A stretch of DNA of 63,683 nt, filler included, from an uncultured bacterium (GTDB lineage: Bacteria > CAYJRR01), in assembly GCA_964372275.1 (NCBI GenBank). It is 3 parts of 3 records of this genome, joined end to end, with 100 filler letters (N's around TTAATTAATTAA, not from the genome) between each part and the next. Parts side by side here need not be neighbours in the genome. Positions count along the whole stretch, not along the records: positions 1 to 23,527 come from CAYJRR010000073.1; 2 more parts are not named here. One strand, given 5' to 3'. The notes under the pieces were generated by a model, which did no database searches, had not been told where the DNA came from, and worked only from the letters and a program-made list of their open reading frames with translations. The translations under genes and the position numbers were made by a program. Shown in pieces: positions 1-9,697 of this stretch (positions within the stretch are counted from its first letter, which is position 1; the number at the start of each line of letters is the position of its first letter).

Positions 1-2
1 AC

Positions 3-518
3 CGGATCAACGTCGTGCCGTTCCTGGTGCCGGCGCTCCGGGAGCGGATCGGGGACATTCCGCGGCTGGTGGAGCATTTCCTCACGGAGCTGTGTCGCGA
101 GAACGGCCGGCCGCGCAAGCAGCTCGCCCCCGAGGCGCTCGAGATCCTGCGCGGGTACGGCTGGCCGGGGAACGTGCGCGAGCTGCGCAACGTCGTCGAG
201 CGGATGGTGATCCTGGCGAAGGGCCAGGTGATCGGCAGCGATGACGTTCCGGAGGACCTGCGCGAGCGGTCTCGCCGGTCGGCGGAATCTGGCATCGGGG
301 AGGAGACGTCGGCAGACGGATCCGGAGAGGAGGCCGGATCGGCGGTCCCCGCTCTGGATGCGGCGACGTTGCGCGAAGCGCGCGCGGCGTTCGAGAAAGA
401 ATATCTCGCACGCAAGCTCGCCGAGTTTGGCGGGAACGTATCGCGTACCGCCGAAGCGATCGGACTCGAGCGGACGAACCTCCACCGCAAGATGAAGGCC
501 TACGGCCTGGTGCGGTAG
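3..518 (+). CDS. Sigma-54-dependent response regulator (NtrC/NtrX family), C-terminal part; 5'-truncated
   Basis: Frame open from window start: [28 protein letters not shown]-terminal Fis HTH (GNVSRTAEAIGLERTNLHRKMK). Confidence 0.93.
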   Translation, partial: RINVVPFLVPALRERIGDIPRLVEHFLTELCRENGRPRKQLAPEALEILRGYGWPGNVRELRNVVERMVILAKGQVIGSDDVPEDLRERSRRSAESGIGEETSADGSGEEAGSAVPALDAATLREARAAFEKEYLARKLAEFGGNVSRTAEAIGLERTNLHRKMKAYGLVR

Positions 519-562
519 CGGATCCGGGATCCGCCCGGGCAGACCGGCGGGGTCGTGACGTC

Positions 563-1618
563 CTATTCGGTCGTGATCCGGTCGCGGATGCGCGCGAAAG
601 TCGCTTCGCCGATCGACGGGACCTCGACGATCGCGTGTGGCTCGCGGAACGGGCCGTTCTTCTGGCGGTACTGCAGGATCTCCTCGGCCGCGACGCGCGT
701 CATGCGCGGAAGCGACAGCAGCTCCTCCAGCGTGGCGGCGTTGATGTTGATGCGAGGCGCGGTCGTCGGCGCATCGGGCGGCGCGAGCGTGGCGGCAGGC
801 CGGCGACCGACGGCGGCGCCGGCGGCCGGTGACGACGCCGCGGCGGCGGCGTCGGCCTTGGCGCCGGAACGCACCTTCGGCTCGACGCGCGCCGCGACCC
901 GGTCGGTGGCGGGCTCGGTGCGCGGAACGGTCCTTGCCGGCGCAGGCTCGACGCGCGCGACGACGCGTTCGGGGTCCGGATTCGGGCGGGCTGGGGCACG
1001 CTCGGGCGTTGGCGCCACCTTCGGAGGCAGGAGGTCCGGCGTCGGTTCGAGCGGCACGATGCGGGCGGTTTTCGGGGCGGCGGGGACGGTCACTTGATCG
1101 ACCAGCTTCACCAGCAGCCGCTTGTCGAGGCCGGGGACCTCGTCGAGCTCGTCGATCGACCGGAACCCGTTCTTTCGGTCCCGGTAGTCGACGATCGCCT
1201 TGGCCGCGCGCGGCGTCATCTCCGGGAGGAGCAACAGCTCGGGAAAGGTCGCGCGGTTCAGGTCGATCTTTCGCACCGGCGTCGGCTCGGGTGGCGGCGG
1301 CATCGGCCCTACCTCGAGCTCGCCCAGCGCCCGAACCAAGGTCAGCTTGGTGATCCCCGGGATCTCCAGCAGCTCGTCGAGGCTCCTGAACGGACCCTTC
1401 GACACACGCCGGGCCACGATCCGCACCGCGATCTGCGGGTCGAACCCGGGAATCTGCTTCAACTCCGCGGCACTGGCGGCGTTGATGTTCGTCTTGGCGG
1501 CCGCGGGGCCGGCCGTCAACGCCACCACGAGCGCCACCAGCGCGGCACCGAAGGGGGGAAGCAGGGGGCGCGGGGGCATCCCGCCAACCAGTCTACGGAA
1601 CGAGGGGAGGCGGATCAA
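563..1618 (-). CDS. comEA: ComEA-like secreted DNA-binding protein with three helix-hairpin-helix modules
   Basis: Signal peptide; three repeats starting NINAAS / DLNRAT / NINAAT, each with a GPF/GF-x-S...PG/PSIG HhH pattern; Pro/Ala linker. Confidence 0.85.
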   Translation of the reverse strand: MIRLPSFRRLVGGMPPRPLLPPFGAALVALVVALTAGPAAAKTNINAASAAELKQIPGFDPQIAVRIVARRVSKGPFRSLDELLEIPGITKLTLVRALGELEVGPMPPPPEPTPVRKIDLNRATFPELLLLPEMTPRAAKAIVDYRDRKNGFRSIDELDEVPGLDKRLLVKLVDQVTVPAAPKTARIVPLEPTPDLLPPKVAPTPERAPARPNPDPERVVARVEPAPARTVPRTEPATDRVAARVEPKVRSGAKADAAAAASSPAAGAAVGRRPAATLAPPDAPTTAPRININAATLEELLSLPRMTRVAAEEILQYRQKNGPFREPHAIVEVPSIGEATFARIRDRITTE

Positions 1619-1625
1619 GCCGGGG

Positions 1626-1724
1626 CGATCCGAGTCCGAACCGTATCGGAAACCGAAACGGATCCGATCGGTGTCCGTAACGGTATCGGACCCGAACCGA
1701 TCCGGTCCGATCCGACCGGGTCGG
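1626..1724. repeat. Intergenic CCGAT/CCGAA/GGATC-rich quasi-palindromic element
   Basis: Run of tccga/ccgat/tcgga units filling the gap between two genes; shares ccgatccgaccgg with the reverse complement of 45163-45240. Confidence 0.75.
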
Positions 1725-3329
1725 CTACTTGGGTCGGGTGCCGGTTTCGCCGACGCCGCAGCCGTTGGCCGCTTGAAGTCCCGCCGCTTCGGCGTCGGCG
1801 GCGGTCGGGTACTCGACCCGGTTCTCCTCCTTGACCCGGGCCAGGTGCCGGCAGCCGGCGGGGTGGTAGGCCTTGCCGAACCGGCTCGCGAAGACGGGCC
1901 CGGCCGCGGGGACGGCGCTCGCGGACGCGTCGGCGGCGCGGGCGACCGTGCGGCAACCGCCGGCGGGGCGAAGACCCGCCGCTTCGGCCTCCTCGCGTGT
2001 GGTGAACTCCATGCGGTTCTCCATCCGGATCTTCGCGACGTGCACGCAGCCGGCCGGGTGGAACACCTCGCCGCGGACGCTGGCGATGAAGGGACCGTCG
2101 CCGAGGGAAGGGCGGGCCGCGGCCGGATCGGGACGCCTCCGGGCGAGGTCGGAAAGCGTCGGGCGCTTCTGGGGCGCCACGCGCCAGCCGAGACCGTCGG
2201 TCTCGAGCAGGACGGCGCCGTCCAGATCGGTCCGGAAGATGCGCACGCAGTCGTCGGTCAGGGTCCGAAGCGCGTCGTCGTGCGGGTGGCCGTAGTCGTT
2301 CGCGCGGCCGACGCTGATCACCGCCGCGTCCGGTCGCACGCGGCGCACGAACGCCGCGCTCGTTCCGTAGCGGCTTCCGTGATGGGCGACCTTGAGCATC
2401 TCCGACGCGTCGACCCCGGCGTCGATCAGGGCCGCCAGCGTCTCTGGCTCGGCGTCGCCGGTGAACAGGACGTCCACGTCGCCGATCGACAGGCGCAGCA
2501 CCAGCGAATTCGCGTTCTCGAAGGAGCGCACCGTCCGGAAGAAGCTGGTGCCCGGCAGCCAGCAGACGAGCGACGCGCCGTCGCCGAGATCGATCCGCTC
2601 GCCGGCACGCATCGCATGGACGTCGATCCGCCGGTCGGCGAGCTGTCGCACGAGCTCGCGGTAGGTCTCGGTGGTGTGCTCCGTTCCGGGATCGACGTAG
2701 CGGACCACGTCGAAGGCGGAAAGGACGGCGAGCATCCCCCCGATGTGGTCGAGATGGGGATGGCTCGCCACCAGCAGATCGATCCGACGGACCCCTTCCT
2801 CGCGCAGGGCTCGAACGACCTCCGGGCCCGCCTCACGGCCGCCGGCGTCGATCAGGATCGTCGTGCCACCCGCGGTCCGGACCAGCGCGGCGTCGCCTTG
2901 TCCCACGTCGAGGAACCGTACGCGATGGATCGGGCCGGTCGGCGGAAGCGGTGTCGGCCGCGATTCGCACGGCGCCGCGTGGGAAGCGGCCGCGCCGGGG
3001 CCCGAACCGGGCGGATCGGTCCTGGCGGGGTCGCCCGCGGCGGAGTCGCGCGAACCGCCGTGCGAGGCCGAACCGGCGGACCGCTCGGACTCGAGCGCGG
3101 CGAACGGATCCGGTGGCGTGACGCGGGGCGCGCAGGCGGCGGCCGCGATGAACAGCGCGGCGAGCGTCCCGGCGAGCGACCGCGCCGACGGTGCGGCGGG
3201 CGAGGAAGCGACTCCCTCGCTAGTCGTAGGAGTCTTCGCCGGTGGCGTCGTCGATCTCTTCGTCGAGGACCGGCTCGGTTTCGATCTCGAGGTCCTCGTC
3301 TCCAGCGAGCGCTTCGTCGCCGAGCTCAT
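1725..3329 (-). CDS. ComEC/Rec2-type metallo-beta-lactamase-fold nuclease, probable lipoprotein, with two C-terminal Ada-like metal-binding repeats; start uncertain
   Basis: [46 protein letters not shown]; lipobox-like FIAAAAC; two (F/Y)HPAGC...AEAAGL..A..C repeats; no multi-TM competence domain. Confidence 0.85.
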   Translation of the reverse strand: MSSATKRSLETRTSRSKPSRSSTKRSTTPPAKTPTTSEGVASSPAAPSARSLAGTLAALFIAAAACAPRVTPPDPFAALESERSAGSASHGGSRDSAAGDPARTDPPGSGPGAAASHAAPCESRPTPLPPTGPIHRVRFLDVGQGDAALVRTAGGTTILIDAGGREAGPEVVRALREEGVRRIDLLVASHPHLDHIGGMLAVLSAFDVVRYVDPGTEHTTETYRELVRQLADRRIDVHAMRAGERIDLGDGASLVCWLPGTSFFRTVRSFENANSLVLRLSIGDVDVLFTGDAEPETLAALIDAGVDASEMLKVAHHGSRYGTSAAFVRRVRPDAAVISVGRANDYGHPHDDALRTLTDDCVRIFRTDLDGAVLLETDGLGWRVAPQKRPTLSDLARRRPDPAAARPSLGDGPFIASVRGEVFHPAGCVHVAKIRMENRMEFTTREEAEAAGLRPAGGCRTVARAADASASAVPAAGPVFASRFGKAYHPAGCRHLARVKEENRVEYPTAADAEAAGLQAANGCGVGETGTRPK

Positions 3330-3519
3330 CGGCCTCCTCGTTCTCGACGGGATCGACCACCCGTGGGCCGCGGCGGGCGGGCGCCGGCGGCGGCGCCGCC
3401 TCGGCCGGTTTCTCGGCCTGGTCGGCGGAGCACTTCGGGCAGATCGCCTTCGGCTTGTGCAGGTCGTAGAACTTGGTGCTGCACTTGAAGCAGACGTGTT
3501 TGCGTCCGAGGTCGGCCAT
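3220..3519 (-). CDS. FYDLN acid-domain (TIGR02300-like) Zn-ribbon protein
   Basis: [30 protein letters not shown] followed by a D/E-rich tail. Confidence 0.9.
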   Translation of the reverse strand: MADLGRKHVCFKCSTKFYDLHKPKAICPKCSADQAEKPAEAAPPPAPARRGPRVVDPVENEEADELGDEALAGDEDLEIETEPVLDEEIDDATGEDSYD

Positions 3520-3596
3520 ACCGTCTCGGTACGTTATGCAGCCTCCGATTTCTTGGCAATACCCGGCGGTCGTCGCTCGATCGGATCCGCCGCGTA

Positions 3597-5543
3597 TCAT
3601 TCGCCGCGTCGATCGCGCTCGCCGGCGACGCGCCGCAATCGCTCCGCGGCGTCGGGCGATCCCTTGGCGTCGAGCCAGGCGGCGACGGCGCTCCGCGAAT
3701 CGGGATCGTCGGGACAGAGCGCTTCGGCCAACAGCGGATTACCGAGTGCCTCCGCCGTTCGCCACGCGACCTCGGCACCTTTCTCGGGCGCGACGGTGGC
3801 GAGCGCGGATCCCGCTTCGAGCGCATCGGCGATACGTCCGTGCCGGAGCAGGAATGCAAACCTCGCTTCGCGGGCGGCCAATCCGCGCGGGAAGAGCTCG
3901 ACGGCGCGGAGGAGCTCGCGATCGGCCTCGTCGATCCGACCGCGCGATTCGTGGACCGCGCCCGCGCCGATCGCCGCGAACGGATCCAGGCGGTCGAGCC
4001 GGGACCACCGCACGTAGTGGTCGTCATCGCCGCTCTCGGCCAAAAGACGCGCGGCTTCGTCGTCCGACGGCCGCCCGGAAGCCGCTCGACGGGCCCAGTC
4101 TCGCGCAGCCGTCCGGTCCCCGCGCTCCAACGCGGCCTGCGCTCGAGCCCGGGGGAAGCTCGCGTGCAGCCAGAGGGCGGGCGGGCCCCCGAGTGCCAAC
4201 AGCCCGGCGACGCCGGCGAGCGCCGTCCGGAGGCGCCGCCGCCGGTCCTCGCGCGGCACGCCGGCGACGACGTCGACCCCCGCCGGCTGCGACGCGTCGG
4301 CCCACGCGCGACCGGTGGCGATCCCGGTGAGGATCGCCACCCAGAGGGCGATCGACGGCGTCGACAGCACGACGTCGACCGCGCCCTGGATCAGGGGGAC
4401 GAGGGCGGAGAGGAGCGCCGCATCACGAACGGGATCGTCGGATTCGTTTCCGCCGGCGCGGCGGCGGCCCGCCCGCACGATCACGGCGCCGGCGACGAGG
4501 AACGGGAGCGTGCCGAGCAGCCCTCGTTCGGCGAGGAGCTCGAGCGCGACGGCGTGCGCGTGCTCGATGCTGCCGAAGAACGTCCCGTCGGCGTGCTTCC
4601 AGATCGCGCTCCGGTAGCGACCCAGTCCGACGCCGTCGAGCGGGTGCTCGGCGATCAGGCGCGACGTCGCGTGCCAGACGGTGCGGCGTTCGGCGAAGGA
4701 GCGGGAGGTCGCGAGCTCCGAGGGGTGCCAGCGCGCCGACGCCGTCCAGGTGGCGGCCGCCGCCATCGCGGTCGCCAGCGCGGCGATCCTTCCCCATGTC
4801 GCGCGGCGGCTCCGAGGCGTGGCCCGGCCCGGGCGCCCGAGGAGCGCGACGCAGCCGGCGATCCCGACCGCGAGGTAGCCGGCGCGCGATCGGGTGGCCG
4901 CCACCGCGACGGCGAGGAACGACGCAAGGCCCAGGAACAGCAGACGGCGTCCGTCGTTCGCCCCGGGCACCGGGCTCCGGGCGCGGAAGAACGCCGGTCC
5001 GAACAGGCACGCGAGCGCTGCCGAGCCGACGAGCGCGGCGAGCTGACCGTGGCTGGCGAACGGCCAGGTGCGCCCGTGCACGGACGCGGCCGGATCGTCG
5101 CGCAGCAGCGTCGCGGCGGCCAACCCCACCCCCCCGGCCGCGAACGACGACAGGAGCGCGACCGAGGCCTTCCGGTCGGTCGACCCGAGGACGAGCCCGA
5201 CGACGAACGCTCCCGCCAGGGCCGCCGCCAGCGAAAGCTGCCGGAGGGCGGCGTAGGGAAGGTCGCTCGTCATCGCGCAGAGCGCGGTGGAGGCGAGGAG
5301 CCCCGCCACCGCCGCCGCCACCGCCGCGACCTCGGCCAGCTGCGCGAGTCGCCGCACGGTCGCCGGCGCGGTCGCCACCACCGCCGCCAGCGCCGCGGCC
5401 GTGGCGAGTCCGGCGAGAGCGAGGAGGTCGTCGCGAACCAGACCGCGGTGCAGGACCGATCCGACCGACAGGAGGAGTCCGATCGAGACGGCGATGGTCA
5501 GGCGCCACACCGTTCCAGGGGGCCTAGCGCCTCGGGGACTCAC
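3597..5543 (-). CDS. O-antigen ligase/Wzy_C-family membrane protein with C-terminal TPRs
   Basis: Many TM segments; TRSRAG, R..VW....[28 protein letters not shown]; helical TPR-like tail; GTG start overlaps upstream TGA. Confidence 0.85.
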   Translation of the reverse strand: MSPRGARPPGTVWRLTIAVSIGLLLSVGSVLHRGLVRDDLLALAGLATAAALAAVVATAPATVRRLAQLAEVAAVAAAVAGLLASTALCAMTSDLPYAALRQLSLAAALAGAFVVGLVLGSTDRKASVALLSSFAAGGVGLAAATLLRDDPAASVHGRTWPFASHGQLAALVGSAALACLFGPAFFRARSPVPGANDGRRLLFLGLASFLAVAVAATRSRAGYLAVGIAGCVALLGRPGRATPRSRRATWGRIAALATAMAAAATWTASARWHPSELATSRSFAERRTVWHATSRLIAEHPLDGVGLGRYRSAIWKHADGTFFGSIEHAHAVALELLAERGLLGTLPFLVAGAVIVRAGRRRAGGNESDDPVRDAALLSALVPLIQGAVDVVLSTPSIALWVAILTGIATGRAWADASQPAGVDVVAGVPREDRRRRLRTALAGVAGLLALGGPPALWLHASFPRARAQAALERGDRTAARDWARRAASGRPSDDEAARLLAESGDDDHYVRWSRLDRLDPFAAIGAGAVHESRGRIDEADRELLRAVELFPRGLAAREARFAFLLRHGRIADALEAGSALATVAPEKGAEVAWRTAEALGNPLLAEALCPDDPDSRSAVAAWLDAKGSPDAAERLRRVAGERDRRGE

Positions 5544-7462
5544 CCGTGCGTGCCGTCCTTGGCGATCGGCTCCGGCTCGCCGATCACGGCCCCTCCGGGT
5601 CCTGCGGCGCCGCGGCCCTCGGCTGGGGAGGCGGCGCTCGCCGCCGCGCCGTAGCGACCGGCCTCCTTGTAGTAGGCGATCTCGGTCGGCTCGACGCCGT
5701 TGATGGCGTAGCCGACGATCTTGCAACCCCCCTGATGGAGGCGCGCGAGCAGGCGCGAGACGCCCGTACGCTCCGCCAGCTTCACGCGAACGACGACCAC
5801 CACACCTCCGGCCAGGCGCCCCAGCACCTGGGCGTCTGCGAACAGGTCGCCCGGAGGGGAGTCGACGAGGACCACGTCGTACTCGTCGGACATCCGGCGA
5901 AGGAGCCCGGCCAGCCGCGCCGACTCGAGGAAGTCACCGGGGTTCGGCGGCGACGGACCGGCCGGAAGGAGGTCCGGTCCGCCGTCGCGTCCGCGGATCC
6001 GCGCCGAGTCGACGTCGTCGGCGTTCCCCGCGATCACGGTCGAAAGACCGGCCGGCGGCGACTTGAGACCGAAATGGCGGTGCAGCGCCGGACGGCGCAG
6101 GTCTCCATCGACCAGCAGCACCTTCAGTCCGGCCCCCGCGAGCGCCGTTCCGAGGTTGGCGGTGATCATCGTCTTCCCCTCGCCCGGCTTGGAGCTGGTG
6201 ACCAGCAGGATTCGCGGCTCGAGCCCGACGAGCGAGAACTTCACGTTCGCGCGAAGCCCGCGCAGTGCCTCCGACCCGGCCGTCGCCGTGCGCGAGAAGA
6301 TCTGCAGCGCGCCGTTCTCGCGGTACTCGAGCGCATCGCCCACGTCGGGGACCGAGCCCAGCACCGGATGGCTGGCGAGCTGCGTCACCTGCGCCACCGT
6401 CTGGATGCGCTGGTCGAGGGTCTCGCGCAGGAAACACATCCCGATGCCGACGAGCAGTCCGGCGAGCGATCCCAGGAGCGCGATCCGTACCCGGTTCGGG
6501 CGGATCGGGCGCGTCGGGCGCTCGGCGTACTGCACGATCGAGATCAGGTCGGAGGCGAGTGTCCCGGAGATGTTCGCCTGCTCCAGCTTCCGCGCCAGGA
6601 CGCCGTAGAGCTCCATGTCGGCGCGGGCCTTGCCGGCGAGGATGTCGTAGCCGATCGTCTTCTTCTGCGAGGCGCGCTGCGTCTGCTCCACCTCGGCGAT
6701 CTTGGACGACAGCCGGCTCACTTCGGAGCGCATGTGGATCAGGTCCGGGTGCTTCGGACCGTACCGCTGGTTCATGCGGTCGACCTCGAGCTCGGCGCCG
6801 ATCTTCTCCTGGCGAAGTCGGTCGAGCAGCATCTCGATCCCGCTCGCCGACTCGTCCTGTTTGGGGGTGGAGCCGAACTGCGTCAGGTTCTGTTTCTCGA
6901 CGTAGTCGATCATCGCCTCGTGCGACTGCTGGACCTTCGCCTCGTAGTCGACGATCTGCTGCTCCAGCCAGCGGATCGACTCCCACGCGCTCTCGTCGCG
7001 CTTCTCCTTGGTGAGCGAGACGTAGGCGTCGGCCACCGCCCGGCTCAACCCTTGCGCCCCGTCCGGGGTGGTCGACTCGACGGTGATCTGCAGCACCCGC
7101 GTTCCGGGGACTTTCTTCACCGACAGGCGCCGCCGCAGCTGCTCGACGGTGACCTTCTCCGACGGCACCGCCGCCGCCGCGCGTTCCAGGACCGGACGGG
7201 TCTGGAGGATGTAGGGCTGGGTGTCGAAGGTCAGCTGCTGGCCGTAGGCCGACGAGAGAAGCTCGGTGCCGACGACTGCCCGCCACGGTTCGTCGCCGAT
7301 CGAGATCTCGGTGGTGGCGGCGTAAATCGAGGTCTGGTTCGCGGCGTAGAGCAGCGATCCCGCGATCCCCACCACCAGCCCGGCGACGAGCGTCTCCCAC
7401 CGTCGCCGGAGGACGGCGTGAAGGTGGTGGAGCAGCTCGAGCTCGTTTCGAAGAGGGGGCAC
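5540..7462 (-). CDS. wzc: Polysaccharide co-polymerase / BY tyrosine kinase (Wzc/GumC-like)
   Basis: Two TMs flanking a coiled coil with YGPKHPD; Walker A TSSKPGEGKT, A' LVDGDLRRP, B VLVDSPP; C-terminal YY...Y. Confidence 0.93.
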   Translation of the reverse strand: MPPLRNELELLHHLHAVLRRRWETLVAGLVVGIAGSLLYAANQTSIYAATTEISIGDEPWRAVVGTELLSSAYGQQLTFDTQPYILQTRPVLERAAAAVPSEKVTVEQLRRRLSVKKVPGTRVLQITVESTTPDGAQGLSRAVADAYVSLTKEKRDESAWESIRWLEQQIVDYEAKVQQSHEAMIDYVEKQNLTQFGSTPKQDESASGIEMLLDRLRQEKIGAELEVDRMNQRYGPKHPDLIHMRSEVSRLSSKIAEVEQTQRASQKKTIGYDILAGKARADMELYGVLARKLEQANISGTLASDLISIVQYAERPTRPIRPNRVRIALLGSLAGLLVGIGMCFLRETLDQRIQTVAQVTQLASHPVLGSVPDVGDALEYRENGALQIFSRTATAGSEALRGLRANVKFSLVGLEPRILLVTSSKPGEGKTMITANLGTALAGAGLKVLLVDGDLRRPALHRHFGLKSPPAGLSTVIAGNADDVDSARIRGRDGGPDLLPAGPSPPNPGDFLESARLAGLLRRMSDEYDVVLVDSPPGDLFADAQVLGRLAGGVVVVVRVKLAERTGVSRLLARLHQGGCKIVGYAINGVEPTEIAYYKEAGRYGAAASAASPAEGRGAAGPGGAVIGEPEPIAKDGTHG

Positions 7463-7478
7463 GGGGGTTGGGCTCCTT

Positions 7479-8483
7479 CTAGAACAGCCGCCCGGGGACG
7501 ACGATCAGGTCCCCCGGCTTCAGCGCGACGTCCTTCCGGCGATCCCCGCGGTCGAGGATGTCGGCGAGACGGATCTCCACCGGCTTCGACGATTCGCCCG
7601 AGCGGTAGAGACGGGTGTTGTTTCGACTGGCGAACTCGGTCGTGCCGCCGGCCTTGAGGATGGCGCTCATCACCGTCTCCTCCGAACCGACCTCGAAGAC
7701 GCCGGGCGACTTCACCTCGCCCAGGATCGTGACCCCGGTCTTGGGGGTGACCGTTCCCGCCTGGCCGCCGGGGATGAAGACCAGGTCGCCGGGCTCGAGC
7801 TCGACGTTTTGCGCGCGGTCTCCGGTCGTGAGGTAGTGGGTGAGGTCGGCGGAGATCACCCGCGGCGCCGCTTCGCCCCCCGGACCGCTGCCGGCCGCCG
7901 GCGCCTCGCGCCGGAGGATCGTGGCCATCCCGGGGAGCCTCGACTCGAAGCCGCCGGCCATCAGCACCAGCGAGAGCAGATCGTAGGTGCCGCGAAGGTA
8001 GTAGACGCCGGGCGAGCGGACGCCGCCGACGACCGAGACGTGGAAGCTGCGGAACTCGGCCACTTCGACGGTGACCTTCGGATTCTTGAGGAATCCGTCG
8101 CCGAGAGCCGCCTCGAGGGCCCGCGCCGCGTCGTCGACCGTCCGGTCGCCGATCGGGAAGGCGCCGAGCAGCGGATGGTCGATCGTCCCGCGCGCGGAGA
8201 CCGGGAAGCGGCCGGAGATGCCCGTTTCCTTCCAGACGTCGATACGGAGGATATCGCCAGCGCCGATTCGATAGGTGGGCGAGGCGCCGGTGGGCGCGCC
8301 GCTTCCGGCCGCGGGCGGCACCGGCGGAGGTTCGGGGGTTGCCGTCGGGCGGGCCGGCCCCACGCCCCCGGCAGGCGGTGCGAGCGACGCGCTACCGGCG
8401 TCGACCGCGCGCGCGGGCCCGGGGAACGTCACGAGGAGGAGTCCCAGGACGGTCGTTCGGGCGCGTCGGACGCGGCACTCCAT
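7479..8483 (-). CDS. Polysaccharide export OPX protein (Poly_export + 2 SLBB), short type without C-terminal OM helix
   Basis: YRIGAGDILRIDVW, GTIDHPLLG, LKNPKVTV, V.GGVRSPGVY, ILGEVKSPGVF; ends LKPGDLIVVPGRLF. Confidence 0.92.
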   Translation of the reverse strand: MECRVRRARTTVLGLLLVTFPGPARAVDAGSASLAPPAGGVGPARPTATPEPPPVPPAAGSGAPTGASPTYRIGAGDILRIDVWKETGISGRFPVSARGTIDHPLLGAFPIGDRTVDDAARALEAALGDGFLKNPKVTVEVAEFRSFHVSVVGGVRSPGVYYLRGTYDLLSLVLMAGGFESRLPGMATILRREAPAAGSGPGGEAAPRVISADLTHYLTTGDRAQNVELEPGDLVFIPGGQAGTVTPKTGVTILGEVKSPGVFEVGSEETVMSAILKAGGTTEFASRNNTRLYRSGESSKPVEIRLADILDRGDRRKDVALKPGDLIVVPGRLF

Positions 8484-9697
8484 CACTCCCAGGCGACTCC
8501 GACGAAGATCAGGTGATTGTTGCTCCAGCCGACGTCGGCGCCGCCACCACGCCAGAAGCGCGTGCCGAGGTCGACGTTCATGCGCGATCGGAGCGGGAAC
8601 GACAGGTGCGCGGCGACCTCGCCGGCGTCGATCGGGGCGTCGTTCGCGACGTCGTGGCTCTTGACCGTCACTAGGCGCGCGTTCGCGACGAGCATCGCGC
8701 CGCGCGCGAGACGCCGGTTCATCGTCGCCGCGACGTCGGCCGTCTTCTGGGGGAGGCCGTGGATGTCGAGGCCGCGTTCCTGGTACCCGGCGCGGATGCC
8801 GAAGCCCATCACCCGCGTCGCCTGCCAGGACAGTCCCGCCGAGCTCTCGACCGAGTCGTGGACCTCCTCCTCGCTCCGGGTGAAGGCGTAGCGCCGCAGC
8901 CCGACGTCCACGTCGGCGCTCATCGTCGTGTTCACCCGCCGCTGGGCCCGCACCGTGACCGCGCCGCTGTCGTTGTCGGAGCTCTCGATCTCGTCGTAGC
9001 GGCGCAGCGCGACGCCGCCGGAAAGCCCGACCCGCGTCAAGGGCGAGAGACTGCGCCAGAAGGTCTGCGCCACGCTCGTCTCGTTGTAGCCGGGGCGCAG
9101 GCCGGAGTCCGACTGGCCGTTTCCGTTCAGATCCTCGGCCGCGTCGAGCACCCCGTCGTCGTCGTAGTCCTGCTCCTCGGTCAGGGCGTCGAACGAATCG
9201 AACCGGGCCTGCGTCACCGTCGTTTCGCTGGAGACGGCGCGCGTGAGGCGGCGCTGGGCCGACACCGAAAGGCGGGCGTTGTTGGTCTGCACCAGGTCGG
9301 TCGGCGAATCGCTCGGCGTCGCGAACCCGGTCGGCGTCGCCGCCAGCTCGTCGGTCAGGTTCACGCTCAGCCAGTTCCGGGGGTTCGAGGCGAGCGTCAG
9401 GCGCCCGGTGTGGTAGAGGGTGGCGCGCTCACCGGGAAGTCCGTACACCGGAATGTAGTAGAGCGGGTAGTAGCCGACCTCCAGCCGCATCATCGCGCGA
9501 CCGGTCGAAAAGCGGACCCATGGGGCGACCGAGTCGTAGACCTGGATGCTCTCGTCGTCGTCCGATCCGGGCTCCGAGAGGAAGATCCCGCGCGCCGAAG
9601 CGCCGGCCTGGAACGGACCGGACTGGGCCCGAGCCGCCGAGACGGGGAGCGCCAGCGCGAGGCACGTCAGCCAAAGGAACGTCTGGATCGACTTCAC
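8483..9697 (-). CDS. Outer-membrane beta-barrel, probable polysaccharide translocon partner of OPX
   Basis: Signal peptide (..VSAARA-Q); alternating amphipathic strands; ends FVGVAWE; translationally coupled to OPX gene; contains a DxDxDG loop. Confidence 0.7.
   Translation of the reverse strand: MKSIQTFLWLTCLALALPVSAARAQSGPFQAGASARGIFLSEPGSDDDESIQVYDSVAPWVRFSTGRAMMRLEVGYYPLYYIPVYGLPGERATLYHTGRLTLASNPRNWLSVNLTDELAATPTGFATPSDSPTDLVQTNNARLSVSAQRRLTRAVSSETTVTQARFDSFDALTEEQDYDDDGVLDAAEDLNGNGQSDSGLRPGYNETSVAQTFWRSLSPLTRVGLSGGVALRRYDEIESSDNDSGAVTVRAQRRVNTTMSADVDVGLRRYAFTRSEEEVHDSVESSAGLSWQATRVMGFGIRAGYQERGLDIHGLPQKTADVAATMNRRLARGAMLVANARLVTVKSHDVANDAPIDAGEVAAHLSFPLRSRMNVDLGTRFWRGGGADVGWSNNHLIFVGVAWE

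Noticed and set aside
1626-1724. Possible CRISPR array or tRNA in repeat-rich intergenic regions
   Set aside because: No constant repeat with unique spacers, no cas genes, no cloverleaf or T-loop motif
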